From a virus, in the IMG/VR virus record IMGVR_UViG_3300020159_001932, positions 68,603 to 132,602 of that record: a stretch of 64,000 nt of DNA. One strand, written 5' to 3'. Of the stretch, positions 18,768 to 28,122 are shown one piece after another (positions within the stretch are counted from its first letter, which is position 1; each line of letters starts with the position of its first letter). A model generated the notes under the pieces. The model did no database searches. It saw only the letters and a program-made list of their open reading frames with translations, and was not told the origin of the DNA. The position numbers were made by a program, and so were the translations under genes.

Positions 18768-19196
18768 CTAAATTTTAGATTTTATGTGGGAGCCATGTAC
18801 ACGGACTTGTATATGTCCGTTATAATAATCATCAGATTCTAATACTTTTTGGGTAAATTGTTCTCGAGCCTCTATATAACTGCATTCAGCCTTTGATTTA
18901 CAATAAAAAAGTATTTCTCTTTTGAAATTTTCTTTGCCTAGTGATGTGATATCTGCTGTTAAGTTAGGACTGGACCCGTAATATTCCTGCCAGTCGCTGT
19001 CGATTTTGCTTCGAATCTTCTTTTTCTTTTTTGTGCCGTTCTTTAACTTTACAGTCTTGTAGGTCGTTTTACTAAATTTTGCTAACTTTTTGCCTATGTA
19101 TTTTTTATTATTGATTAAATTTGTAATGATGTAGACAAATCCTACGCAATCATCTGGTAGTTGTTTAACTTCTTCATTGTTGTATGTCCACGTCAT
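18768..19196 (-). CDS. GIY-YIG (Seg-like) endonuclease, catalytic domain only
   Basis: GFVYIITN...KKYIGKK, YYGSS, ENFKREIL, conserved Glu and YYN; only 142 aa. Confidence 0.85.
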   Translation of the reverse strand: MTWTYNNEEVKQLPDDCVGFVYIITNLINNKKYIGKKLAKFSKTTYKTVKLKNGTKKKKKIRSKIDSDWQEYYGSSPNLTADITSLGKENFKREILFYCKSKAECSYIEAREQFTQKVLESDDYYNGHIQVRVHGSHIKSKI

Positions 19197-19491
19197 TAGT
19201 TTTTTTTCTAAGATTTGTACCGAGGCCGCTAGTATTTCTATATTTTTGTTTTTTCATTTCTTTACCAAGGGCTTTTTTAATCAGTTTGTCTTCGTTGTAC
19301 GCATCTCTTACTGCTTGTTTGAGTTCTTTTTCAAGTTTGGCTATTTCTTTAATAGACTTACGAACACCTATAGACGAATCAAGACCTAAGTTTTTAACAA
19401 ATATAATATGGTAGTTATGTAAACTTACATGTGCGTCTACATATTTTGAATAAAGTTCTTTATATCGTTCTAAACTTTTATTATTCGACAT
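19174..19491 (-). CDS. Hypothetical basic protein
   Basis: ORF track 19174..19548. The likely start is the ATG at 19491, overlapping the gp46 stop. Confidence 0.55.
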   Translation of the reverse strand: MSNNKSLERYKELYSKYVDAHVSLHNYHIIFVKNLGLDSSIGVRKSIKEIAKLEKELKQAVRDAYNEDKLIKKALGKEMKKQKYRNTSGLGTNLRKKTNDVDIQQ

Positions 19492-21262
19492 AGTCTGCAT
19501 TGTTACTATAGCTGGTAAATCCGTTTTCTTTGACCACATGAAGTACACTATTCACTCGTCCCATAAGTTCATCCTTGTGAGAAATCAGGTAAATGTTTTT
19601 ATTTCTTTCGCGGGCCATCTTTTTAAGTACCGCCAGTGCGCTTTCAACTCCGGCAGAGTCCATGCCAGCATCAACAAGTTCGTCAATAAACAATAAATTA
19701 ATGCTTTGATACAGTCCTTCCCAGACATCACGGAAGGCAAAACTCATAGATAATATCAATCTATTGCGTTCTCCGCGACTTAAATTATCAAAGTCGAGGT
19801 CTTGTCCAAGTTGAGTAATTTGTACAGTAAGGTCATTTTGAAAAATAACTTGATGCGGTAGTCCTAGCTTATCAATATAATAGGTTAATCGCTTGTTTAG
19901 ATAAGTTAAATTTTGATCTATGATTTTTTTTCTTATAAAACTATCTTTATTAGTCAATAACTTGTATAAAAATTCTTGATGATCTTTTAGTTTGGTTAAT
20001 GCATTAATTTTAGTCCAGCTAATTTCTTGAATAGCGGTCTTTTTTAATTCTTCAATCTGTTCGGCATATGGATTAATTTCAACAGCCTTTGCTTCTAAAC
20101 TTTTTTCTAAACTATCTAAATTATTTTTATGTCCAAGTGCTTCGGCTTCGGTTTCGTAGAATGTTGTAGGTTTTCTAGGTAACTCGCCTATTTCTTTGAT
20201 ATCGTTGAGTATTTTATTAAGATCAGTTGTTACCTTGTCTAAATAATTATTAGATTCTTCTAAGTTTGTAATTGCAACAGCAGTCATTTCTTCATGTTTA
20301 TGGTCATGAAGTTGTTGGTCACAGGCGTGACATGTTTTATTTTCTAGACTCTCAAGATCTTTTATATATTTGTTAACAGTCTTCTGTGCTTGAATTACAG
20401 CACTCTCAAGTGTAGCCTTCTGCTTATTAAGATCCCTAAGCGTTTTATCATTGGATACCCATAGTTGTAAAGCAACATGTGCCGCTAATTCAGCAGTTAT
20501 ATCTACTGATTCAAGATTAACAATGGCTCTTCCTAGATTTTCTAATTCAGTTTGTTGTTTATTTTCCCAGGCACTACTTTTTAGTTGTAAGCTATCGATA
20601 CTTTTTTGAACATTTTCATTGGCAGTTTTGATAGCAGCAATTTTAAGTTCTTCTTCTTGGATAGAATCTTTTGTTTCTTTAATTAGACTTTTAAGTGCTT
20701 CTGCCTTTACACTTAGTATGGTAATTCCTAACAATTGCTCAATAACTTCTCGCTGTTCTGCAGCCTTCATACTAAGAAAAGGTTCAGTATAGGTATTAAG
20801 AGCAACAAGATGTTTGAACATTGTATGACTCATTTCAAGCATTTCTTCAATACTTTTTTGAGTTTCTCTGCTATCACCTTGGCTGTCATCGTCAGTTTCT
20901 TCGGTCTTTAATGGGTTATCATTAATAAAAAGTTTAAGTACATTAGGCTTACGACCCCTTTCTATGCGATATTTGTTCCCACCCTTTTCAAATTCAACGG
21001 TTACAAGCATACCCTTGCCGTTAATTTTATTGATTAGATTTTCTTTGCGTATGTTAGTCAGAGCTTGGCCATATAAAGCATAACTCAATGCATTGATCAT
21101 TGTAGTTTTTCCGGTGCCATTGCGACTTCCGGTGTCGTCGCCACCAAGGTCGTGGTTAGATCCAAGAACAAGTGTTAGATGTTCTTTATCAAACCCTACA
21201 GCTTGAGTCTGTGCGCCCACACTCATAAAGTTTTTTACGGTGATATTTTTTAATTTAAACAT
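19481..21262 (-). CDS. gp46: Recombination endonuclease ATPase subunit (gp46 / SbcC / Rad50-like)
   Basis: NFMSVG, Walker A NGTGKTT, CHAC zinc hook, signature LSRGERNR, Walker B LLFIDE, ISH. Confidence 0.95.
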   Translation of the reverse strand: MFKLKNITVKNFMSVGAQTQAVGFDKEHLTLVLGSNHDLGGDDTGSRNGTGKTTMINALSYALYGQALTNIRKENLINKINGKGMLVTVEFEKGGNKYRIERGRKPNVLKLFINDNPLKTEETDDDSQGDSRETQKSIEEMLEMSHTMFKHLVALNTYTEPFLSMKAAEQREVIEQLLGITILSVKAEALKSLIKETKDSIQEEELKIAAIKTANENVQKSIDSLQLKSSAWENKQQTELENLGRAIVNLESVDITAELAAHVALQLWVSNDKTLRDLNKQKATLESAVIQAQKTVNKYIKDLESLENKTCHACDQQLHDHKHEEMTAVAITNLEESNNYLDKVTTDLNKILNDIKEIGELPRKPTTFYETEAEALGHKNNLDSLEKSLEAKAVEINPYAEQIEELKKTAIQEISWTKINALTKLKDHQEFLYKLLTNKDSFIRKKIIDQNLTYLNKRLTYYIDKLGLPHQVIFQNDLTVQITQLGQDLDFDNLSRGERNRLILSMSFAFRDVWEGLYQSINLLFIDELVDAGMDSAGVESALAVLKKMARERNKNIYLISHKDELMGRVNSVLHVVKENGFTSYSNNADYVE

Positions 21263-22275
21263 TATAGGTTATTATAAATTTCTAATAATGTGTTTTTGTC
21301 AAACTGCTCAGACTCAACATTAACTAATTCTTGTGCAACAATCTGATCAACACTTTCAAATTTAGCATCGGGGTTATCGTCAATTGTGCCGTCTATGTTT
21401 GTTTTATCTTGTATGAGACTAATTTCTCTAATATCAAATTCATTGATAAATGTTTCTTTGATAAAGTTAGCTTCTTCGTAGCTAATATCAATATCAAGAT
21501 TGACCTTAAAGTGCATCTTATTTTTCATGATGCTGTCTTTTTTATCAATTAACTCTGAGAGTTTAATAGATCGATATTTAGGACAATCGGGCCAATTAAT
21601 AAAGTTTGGTTCCCCGCCCCAGTCTAAAGTCATCATTCCGCGATCATCATCCCACGCATCTGAAAAATTATGTGGAAATGCATTGCCTATGTACACAACA
21701 TTAGTATTTTTTTGCCTTTTATGAAAGTGTCCACTAAAAATGTAATCAGGCCCATTGAAATCTTCAGCACGTAGCTCTCCGTGATCCGGCATTTGAACCA
21801 TTGCATTCATAAAAAATTTGGGCAATTCAAAATGTCCAAAGATGTATTTGCTCTTGACATCTTTCATAGTTTTCCATTCGTCACCTACCAACCACGGTAC
21901 TAAGGTCACATCACCTATGGTAGTTACTTTTTCGACCACAGTGACGCCTGGAATATGTCTGCCAAATGCTGAACTATGAATATCACGCTTGTCTTTGTAA
22001 AACAGATCGTGATTACCCGGAAACCAAAAGAACTGTTCAAATGCAGCACCTAGCTTTTCCAGGCATCGAAGGCTTGTATCTAGTGTAATTAAGTTAAGAC
22101 TGTTACGGTTATGACTCCAGTCTCCGAGGAAGATTGAAGTTTCGCAACCTTCTTTTTTTGCTTCGTCAATAAACCAGTCTACAAACTCTTCGCAATCTTT
22201 TAAATGAGTAGTTGAGTTTGATTTAAGTCCAAAATGAATGTCAGTAAAACACGCGACCTTTTTAAATAAGGGCAT
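21262..22275 (-). CDS. gp47: Recombination endonuclease nuclease subunit (gp47 / SbcD / Mre11-like)
   Basis: Metallophosphoesterase motifs DIHFG, LGD, GNHD and SGHFH. Confidence 0.95.
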   Translation of the reverse strand: MPLFKKVACFTDIHFGLKSNSTTHLKDCEEFVDWFIDEAKKEGCETSIFLGDWSHNRNSLNLITLDTSLRCLEKLGAAFEQFFWFPGNHDLFYKDKRDIHSSAFGRHIPGVTVVEKVTTIGDVTLVPWLVGDEWKTMKDVKSKYIFGHFELPKFFMNAMVQMPDHGELRAEDFNGPDYIFSGHFHKRQKNTNVVYIGNAFPHNFSDAWDDDRGMMTLDWGGEPNFINWPDCPKYRSIKLSELIDKKDSIMKNKMHFKVNLDIDISYEEANFIKETFINEFDIREISLIQDKTNIDGTIDDNPDAKFESVDQIVAQELVNVESEQFDKNTLLEIYNNL

Positions 22276-22295
22276 CTAATTATTCTCCTATAATA

Positions 22296-22324
22296 ACTTT
22301 AACAGTTTTAGAGATAAAAGTCAA
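22296..22324 (-). promoter_or_regulatory. sigma70-type promoter for the gp47-gp46 operon
   Basis: TTGACT-N17-TAAAGT with TG just upstream of the -10. Confidence 0.6.
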
Positions 22325-23238
22325 GCTCCTGCTTCGCTGTCTTCGTCAAGTTCTTCTTCCAGACTAACTTCTTCACTTTTAGGCATTCGCATGTTCTTGT
22401 ACAATTCTGCCTGTCGTGCAATCTCTTCTGCGTATTCTTGGCTGTTTTGCCGTGTTAGGCTAGGAGTTAATCCGGCTTCTTCTAAGAGGTCATCGCGGAT
22501 GTTTTGACTTTTCTTTTCAATATTAAGAATGCGAGTAAATGAATTTGTAACCGCTGCGGTGTAATATGCAAACGGGTTTTCAGATTTACTTTCGTCAAAC
22601 TGTAGACCAATTTGACTTAGCTGTAGAATAGCCTGGCCCTTCATTTCTTCAATGTAGGTATATCCTCTCCAATTGCTACGTTGTGCATAACGTTCGCTTA
22701 GTTTGATAAACATTCTTCCTAGGTTTTCTGTAATTCGCCCGTGATCTTTGCTAAAATGTCCAGTTTCAATTGGACCTTTCCAGTGACTTTTACCTACGCA
22801 AACTAACTGATCATTTTCATCAAACTTCCAATGCTGGAAGGGCGGAAAGTTAATTTTATCGTGTGCATCAGCAGTGCTCTTAACCGTTTTTTTCCTGCCG
22901 GGTGCCTGCGGAATATGATCAAATGTCATTATTCTTATAACAATATCTTCTTTAGAAATTGTAGTATATACAGGAGTACATTCTGCAAGTTTAATTTTTT
23001 TGTCGCCGCTATTTCTTGCCAATGCAAATGCCTGCATTCCTAAACGTTTGGCCCGATTTCGTTTTGCCTCTGCAACCGTACGAATATTAACTTTGTCTAA
23101 TGTTGGTAAAATAATATCGTACTGCTGATACTCAGGGTTTGTAAAACTTGAATATGAACATTTGCTTCGGTGTATTTCTGCTAACAGGTCTCGATTGTTT
23201 AAATATTTGGTTTTTCTTACTGTCGGAAAAAGAGTCAT
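22321..23238 (-). CDS. gp55: Late-transcription sigma factor (gp55-like)
   Basis: YLNNRDLL, NWRGYTYIEEM and FDESKSENPFAYYT...SF.RILNIEKK motifs; sits beside gp47/gp46 as in T4. Start moved to ATG 23238, which has an AAGGA RBS. Confidence 0.88.
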   Translation of the reverse strand: MTLFPTVRKTKYLNNRDLLAEIHRSKCSYSSFTNPEYQQYDIILPTLDKVNIRTVAEAKRNRAKRLGMQAFALARNSGDKKIKLAECTPVYTTISKEDIVIRIMTFDHIPQAPGRKKTVKSTADAHDKINFPPFQHWKFDENDQLVCVGKSHWKGPIETGHFSKDHGRITENLGRMFIKLSERYAQRSNWRGYTYIEEMKGQAILQLSQIGLQFDESKSENPFAYYTAAVTNSFTRILNIEKKSQNIRDDLLEEAGLTPSLTRQNSQEYAEEIARQAELYKNMRMPKSEEVSLEEELDEDSEAGA

Positions 23239-23262
23239 CTTATTATTGTTATCCTTTGAGTT

Positions 23263-23290
23263 AGTATAACACATGTATACACTGTGTCAA
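23263..23290 (-). promoter_or_regulatory. sigma70-type promoter for gp55
   Basis: TTGACA-N16-TATACT with an extended TGn -10. Confidence 0.7.
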
Positions 23291-23344
23291 CCATATTAAG
23301 TTAGCATTTTATTTATTGGGTAAATAGTAGATAGAGGAAAGAAA

Positions 23345-24244
23345 ATGGCAGATCCAACCAACCCACCAACTAACCCGATTGCGTCTGCAATCGCAAGTCA
23401 AAACAAAATGAAGAATCCTGTGATTTTAGGAGAAGGTCTGCCTCCACTAACTGAGGCCTCAAAAGCATATGTAGCTGTAAATTCTCGAATGGCAGATCTT
23501 TCAAGGGGACCGGTAAGAGACCTTGGCAATATTGAATTTGGTGCAACACCTCAGCAAACAACTGCTGCTACAACAGTTGATGTTAGAAGTTTGCCCGGAA
23601 ATTCTGTTGTAACAAATTCTGACAAGGATATGCGAGTTAAAATTCGTGTGCCATCAAATTATATCACACCGTTAACAGAAGGATCTTCGGATAAAGAGTT
23701 GTCGGGATTAAGGTTTGGAGGGATTATTTTTCCTTATACACCGCAGATATCATATGAGCACAAAGCCGAGTATACTACCCAACAACCGTTGCACAGTAAC
23801 TATGCAATAAATTTTTATAAAAACAGTTCGATAAGTGACATTACTATTACTGGAAAATTTACAGTTCAAAATGAAAAAGAAGGATTGATATACCTTGCAA
23901 CTGTTAGATTACTAAGAGCACTTACCAAAATGCGTTGGGGTGGAAAAATTGGAGACCCAGATAGCGGTGCACCACCGCCTGTTTGTAGATTAGACGGTTA
24001 TGGAGAATTTCTTTTTAAGAATGTTCCTGTGGTTATCCACTCATTTAAAAATGATCTATCAGACGACGTGGACTTTTTCACAGTTGGCAAAGATGGAAAT
24101 GGGCCGTTTGGTCTAAACAGTGTTCCTACTAGGTCGACTATATCAGTGACCTGTAAAGTAGCATACAGCAGAGCAGAAATGCAAGAAATTTCTGTTACCA
24201 AATATTTAGATCCAAAAGCTCTAAGAGGTAAAGGATACTTATAA
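23345..24244 (+). CDS. Tail-tube-fold baseplate protein (tube initiator/cap-like)
   Basis: IIFPYTPQI, ITITGKFT and GAPPPVCRL motifs; first gene of the baseplate operon, with TAAATA at 23321-23326. Confidence 0.6.
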   Translation: MADPTNPPTNPIASAIASQNKMKNPVILGEGLPPLTEASKAYVAVNSRMADLSRGPVRDLGNIEFGATPQQTTAATTVDVRSLPGNSVVTNSDKDMRVKIRVPSNYITPLTEGSSDKELSGLRFGGIIFPYTPQISYEHKAEYTTQQPLHSNYAINFYKNSSISDITITGKFTVQNEKEGLIYLATVRLLRALTKMRWGGKIGDPDSGAPPPVCRLDGYGEFLFKNVPVVIHSFKNDLSDDVDFFTVGKDGNGPFGLNSVPTRSTISVTCKVAYSRAEMQEISVTKYLDPKALRGKGYL

Positions 24245-24543
24245 TGTCTGAGTACAAAAGAACTAGTCCGTATTATATAACACAACAAGGAACATCATAT
24301 CTTGATGTAATGACATGGCGAACTGTTCCTGCAGAAGTGGACGATATCTTGTTCACGGTTACCGCAAGTTATGAAAACAGGCCTGATTTATTAGCATTTG
24401 ATCTTTACAACGATGTTGATCTATGGTGGGTATTCTCAGCAAGAAACCCGTCTATATTAAAAGATCCTGTGTTTGATTTAAAACCAGGTATAAAAATTTA
24501 TCTTCCTAAATTAACCTCAATGAAGAAAACCTTAGGAATTTAA
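24244..24543 (+). CDS. gp53: Baseplate wedge protein (gp53 / LysM-like)
   Basis: RPDLLAFDLY...LWWVF...N...PG.KIYLP. Confidence 0.8.
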   Translation: MSEYKRTSPYYITQQGTSYLDVMTWRTVPAEVDDILFTVTASYENRPDLLAFDLYNDVDLWWVFSARNPSILKDPVFDLKPGIKIYLPKLTSMKKTLGI

Positions 24544-24544
24544 T

Positions 24545-27500
24545 ATGTCTAATACTCCTATTGAAAGAAGAACAACAACATCAAATAACACACCTGTAAC
24601 ATCTAATAAAGATACAGGGCCTGGAGTTAATGTTCTTCACAAATACAGATCCTTTACCTATAATTTTACACTTGCGGCACTAAGAAAAGCCGAAGCGTTT
24701 GATCCTAAAACTTATAGAGATAGCACATTAGATTTAGTTATTTTAAAATCTGGTGGCAAAGGCCCTGCTAGTATTACTCCTAACGTGGTTCCTGTGGACC
24801 GAGAAGAAGAAGTTAAAAAAGAAACTGTCAAGACTGAAACCAAGGGAATATTTTTTAAGAAAACTGTAACAACTGTAACGACATCTACAGAAACAGTGCC
24901 TTACAAAGATTATACTGGTTCTGCATTGGTACAAGGGTTTAATGAAAATAGTCCCGGTCGGTTTGATATGTTTATGGACAATATTGAAATTGAAACATTA
25001 ATGACTGCCGGCGGCGCCCAAGGAGTTTCTCAACCAACTACTCTTACATTTGATGTAGTAGAGCCATACAGTATCAACGGGTTTGTTCAAGCGTTACATG
25101 TTGCATCAATTGCCGCAGGTTATCCAACTTATACCCAAGCAGTATTCGTTTTAAAGATGGAGTTTTGCGGATATCCCGACGGCGATTCTTTTTCACCTCC
25201 GGTAATTGAACCCAAAGGAACACGATATTTTCCAATAACATTAACTGGATTAGAAGTAACCATCGACGAAAAAGGAACAAAATATCAAGTTAAGGCCATT
25301 GCTGCAAATGAAAGAGGATTCGGCAATCCTAGTGAAATAAAAAAATCTGTAAAAATATCTGGCGGAGATGTAAAATCTATTTTGACTAATTTAGCAGATG
25401 GTGTAACTAAACAGGCAAGAGAAGAAAATGCCGAGATTAAAAAAAATAAAGCAGATGCTAATCAACACGATATATACAAAGTTAAATTTCCTTCATGGGT
25501 TGAAGGGAAGGGCTGGGATAACGCCGCGGTTAATAAGATTGGACAAGCAAAGGTAACTGAACTTCTTAAAGATAATGCGCTATACAAATTTCCCGATCCT
25601 GGAGAAGAAAGAAAGCCCACAGCTAACCAGCCTAAAGGACAGCAAACTCCAACTCCTCAACAAAACGCAAAACAACCTGAATCTTTTAAATTGGAACCAA
25701 CCAATCCTGTTGCACAGTTTTCAGAAGGGAAAAATATACACGAGTGTATTACGGCAATTATAAAAGATAGTAAGTATGTAAGAGATATTGTTGAAAAATT
25801 AAGTTCCCCGTCTGAATGGCGTAATGTAGTCGATGACAACGACATGGTCAATTATTTTATGGTCAAGCTAGAAGTTGAAAATCAAGAAGCAATTGATTTA
25901 GATAAAAAGCGTCCATATCAAATTTTTACCTATGTAGTGACTCCTTATAAAATTCTGTACACACGCATTCCTAATTACGGTAGCGAACAGATTGATATAG
26001 AAAAATTAACAAAGTTGTGTCAACGTCAGTATAATTACATCTATACAGGTAATAACTTAGACATAATAAACTTTAAATTAAATTTTAATACTCTATTCTT
26101 TGAAGCGTTACCTACATCTTTAGGTAATACTAAATCACCGCCTTCAAGAGAGGCCGCTGCGCCTGGCAATAATAGTTCAGTTCAACGAAATCCTCCTAAA
26201 CTACAAGATTTAGAAAATAGAGGACTCCCAGCAGCCCCTGTGCAGTCAACAGCAAGAGATACATCCGTTGATAGAGACGCCGGAAATCAAACACAACGAG
26301 ATCCTTATTACGCAATGGCCAAGTCTATGCATAGTGCCATTACAGATTCAAAAGCTAGTATGTTAACTGGCGAGGTAGATATCCTAGGTGATCCTTTTTA
26401 CTTAGTTACTGGCGGAATAGGAAATTATAATCCAGAACCAGAGAGCAAGGAAAATAATAGGACCACCAAAGATGGCGAAGCTACTTTTAACTACGGTGAA
26501 GTATTAATTAGAATCAATTTTAGAAACCCAATTGATATACAACCCCTTAAAAATGGCGGAACAATGTTTTTTGATCCTAAGTTAGTTCCTTTTAGCGGAG
26601 TTTACAGAGTTACAAAAGCAAAATCAACATTTAAAGATGGCATGTTCCGTCAAGCCCTGGAGGTTATTAGACAACCTGGACAACCTGCTCCTGAAGAAGT
26701 TCCTAACAACGATGGAAAAAATGCTCCTTCTAATCCTAGTGAAAGAGTAGATAGTCTACCTGAAATGAGAGATACAGTAAAAGCAGATGTTACTCCTGCC
26801 GCAGTTGATGCGCCTGGTCAACGTCCAGATACAATAAACTTACTTGAACAACAATCAAGGTCGTTGCCAAGTCCTGGTCTGCCTGGGCAATTAAGTAACT
26901 TTACAGCAGCAACTGGCGGTCTTGGCGGAACTATTCCAGTAGCATCTGTTAGTGGTGCAGTAACAAATCCATTGTCGGGTATAACTCGATTAGCAACACA
27001 GGCATATGGAGGAGTTGTTCCCGGAGGATTGAATCAATCAGCTGGGGGAATTCGATTGCAGGCCCGTGCCGCTGTGGGTTTAAGAAATCAAGTGTTGAGC
27101 CCTGCAGGATTAATTACACAAATTGGTCAATCTGTTTCTAAATCTTTTGGACTAACTGGTGCAGCCGGGTCATTGGTAAATCAAGTAGTAGGAATTGCAA
27201 CAGAAAAAATTAGACGTTCAAGTGTTCTAGGATCAGGAATTGGCGCCGGTGCCACGGTGCAGTTTGTGACCAATACTCTAAGTAAAGACAGTACAATTGG
27301 TCAGCAAAATCAATTTTTTGCAGAACCGGTTACAGCAATTCCTACAACAGGACTAGCACAAGGGCTAGATAGAAATACATTAGCAGCAGTCGCAGGATTG
27401 GGCAGTGGCGGTTCCTTAGTTAATAATATTGGTGACAAAGTATTGGCAGTAACTCAAGGAAATAAAACAGATCCTAATGCAATTGCTAATCAATACGGCA

Positions 27501-28117
27501 TTAATCAAAGTCAGCTATCTGGTTTATCACCAAACTTACAGAGCAAACTTATTGACCAGACATCGGCAATAGCAGGAAAAGTTCCAGCAGACACCGACCT
27601 TGGCGTTGCAACCTCGCAAGGAGTTTATGTTAAAGGGTTTGGTGCTGAAGGACTACAAAATATGCCTGCTACGGCTCCATACTCAACTGCTCCGTTGCCG
27701 GCACCGGACAGTGGTTTCTTAAATAGAATTTCTGCTTCTGGCGGCCCACGTGCTCTAGCAAGTGCATTTGGTGTTAACGATGTTTCACAAATTTCACAAA
27801 ATCAAATTTCGTCAGAAACTATTCAAGATGCAGTTTCGTCAACACCACCAACATATCAGAGCCCAACAAACACTACATACGGAAATAAAAATATAGCAGA
27901 TACTGTCGCTAGCGGTCTTAAGTATCTCACAGCTAATAATCAACTTGCAAGTCTTACAGGTCTAGCAGGAACAAGAGAAGGACAATTACTAGCTCTACAA
28001 AATAGATATCCCGGTAGCCCTATAAACATTGTAGGAGACCTAGGAACATCCGCAGCATCAAAGTTTGGTAGCAAGACATCAGGCAAAAGTCCGCTTGATA
28101 AAATAATGATAAGGTAA
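24545..28117 (+). CDS. Probable baseplate hub protein (gp27-like) with a low-complexity C-terminal extension
   Basis: 1190 aa between gp53 and gp5; ILGDP and FSGVYRVTK..STF..G.F.Q.L hub-like motifs. Confidence 0.55.
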   Translation: MSNTPIERRTTTSNNTPVTSNKDTGPGVNVLHKYRSFTYNFTLAALRKAEAFDPKTYRDSTLDLVILKSGGKGPASITPNVVPVDREEEVKKETVKTETKGIFFKKTVTTVTTSTETVPYKDYTGSALVQGFNENSPGRFDMFMDNIEIETLMTAGGAQGVSQPTTLTFDVVEPYSINGFVQALHVASIAAGYPTYTQAVFVLKMEFCGYPDGDSFSPPVIEPKGTRYFPITLTGLEVTIDEKGTKYQVKAIAANERGFGNPSEIKKSVKISGGDVKSILTNLADGVTKQAREENAEIKKNKADANQHDIYKVKFPSWVEGKGWDNAAVNKIGQAKVTELLKDNALYKFPDPGEERKPTANQPKGQQTPTPQQNAKQPESFKLEPTNPVAQFSEGKNIHECITAIIKDSKYVRDIVEKLSSPSEWRNVVDDNDMVNYFMVKLEVENQEAIDLDKKRPYQIFTYVVTPYKILYTRIPNYGSEQIDIEKLTKLCQRQYNYIYTGNNLDIINFKLNFNTLFFEALPTSLGNTKSPPSREAAAPGNNSSVQRNPPKLQDLENRGLPAAPVQSTARDTSVDRDAGNQTQRDPYYAMAKSMHSAITDSKASMLTGEVDILGDPFYLVTGGIGNYNPEPESKENNRTTKDGEATFNYGEVLIRINFRNPIDIQPLKNGGTMFFDPKLVPFSGVYRVTKAKSTFKDGMFRQALEVIRQPGQPAPEEVPNNDGKNAPSNPSERVDSLPEMRDTVKADVTPAAVDAPGQRPDTINLLEQQSRSLPSPGLPGQLSNFTAATGGLGGTIPVASVSGAVTNPLSGITRLATQAYGGVVPGGLNQSAGGIRLQARAAVGLRNQVLSPAGLITQIGQSVSKSFGLTGAAGSLVNQVVGIATEKIRRSSVLGSGIGAGATVQFVTNTLSKDSTIGQQNQFFAEPVTAIPTTGLAQGLDRNTLAAVAGLGSGGSLVNNIGDKVLAVTQGNKTDPNAIANQYGINQSQLSGLSPNLQSKLIDQTSAIAGKVPADTDLGVATSQGVYVKGFGAEGLQNMPATAPYSTAPLPAPDSGFLNRISASGGPRALASAFGVNDVSQISQNQISSETIQDAVSSTPPTYQSPTNTTYGNKNIADTVASGLKYLTANNQLASLTGLAGTREGQLLALQNRYPGSPINIVGDLGTSAASKFGSKTSGKSPLDKIMIR

Positions 28118-28122
28118 TATAG

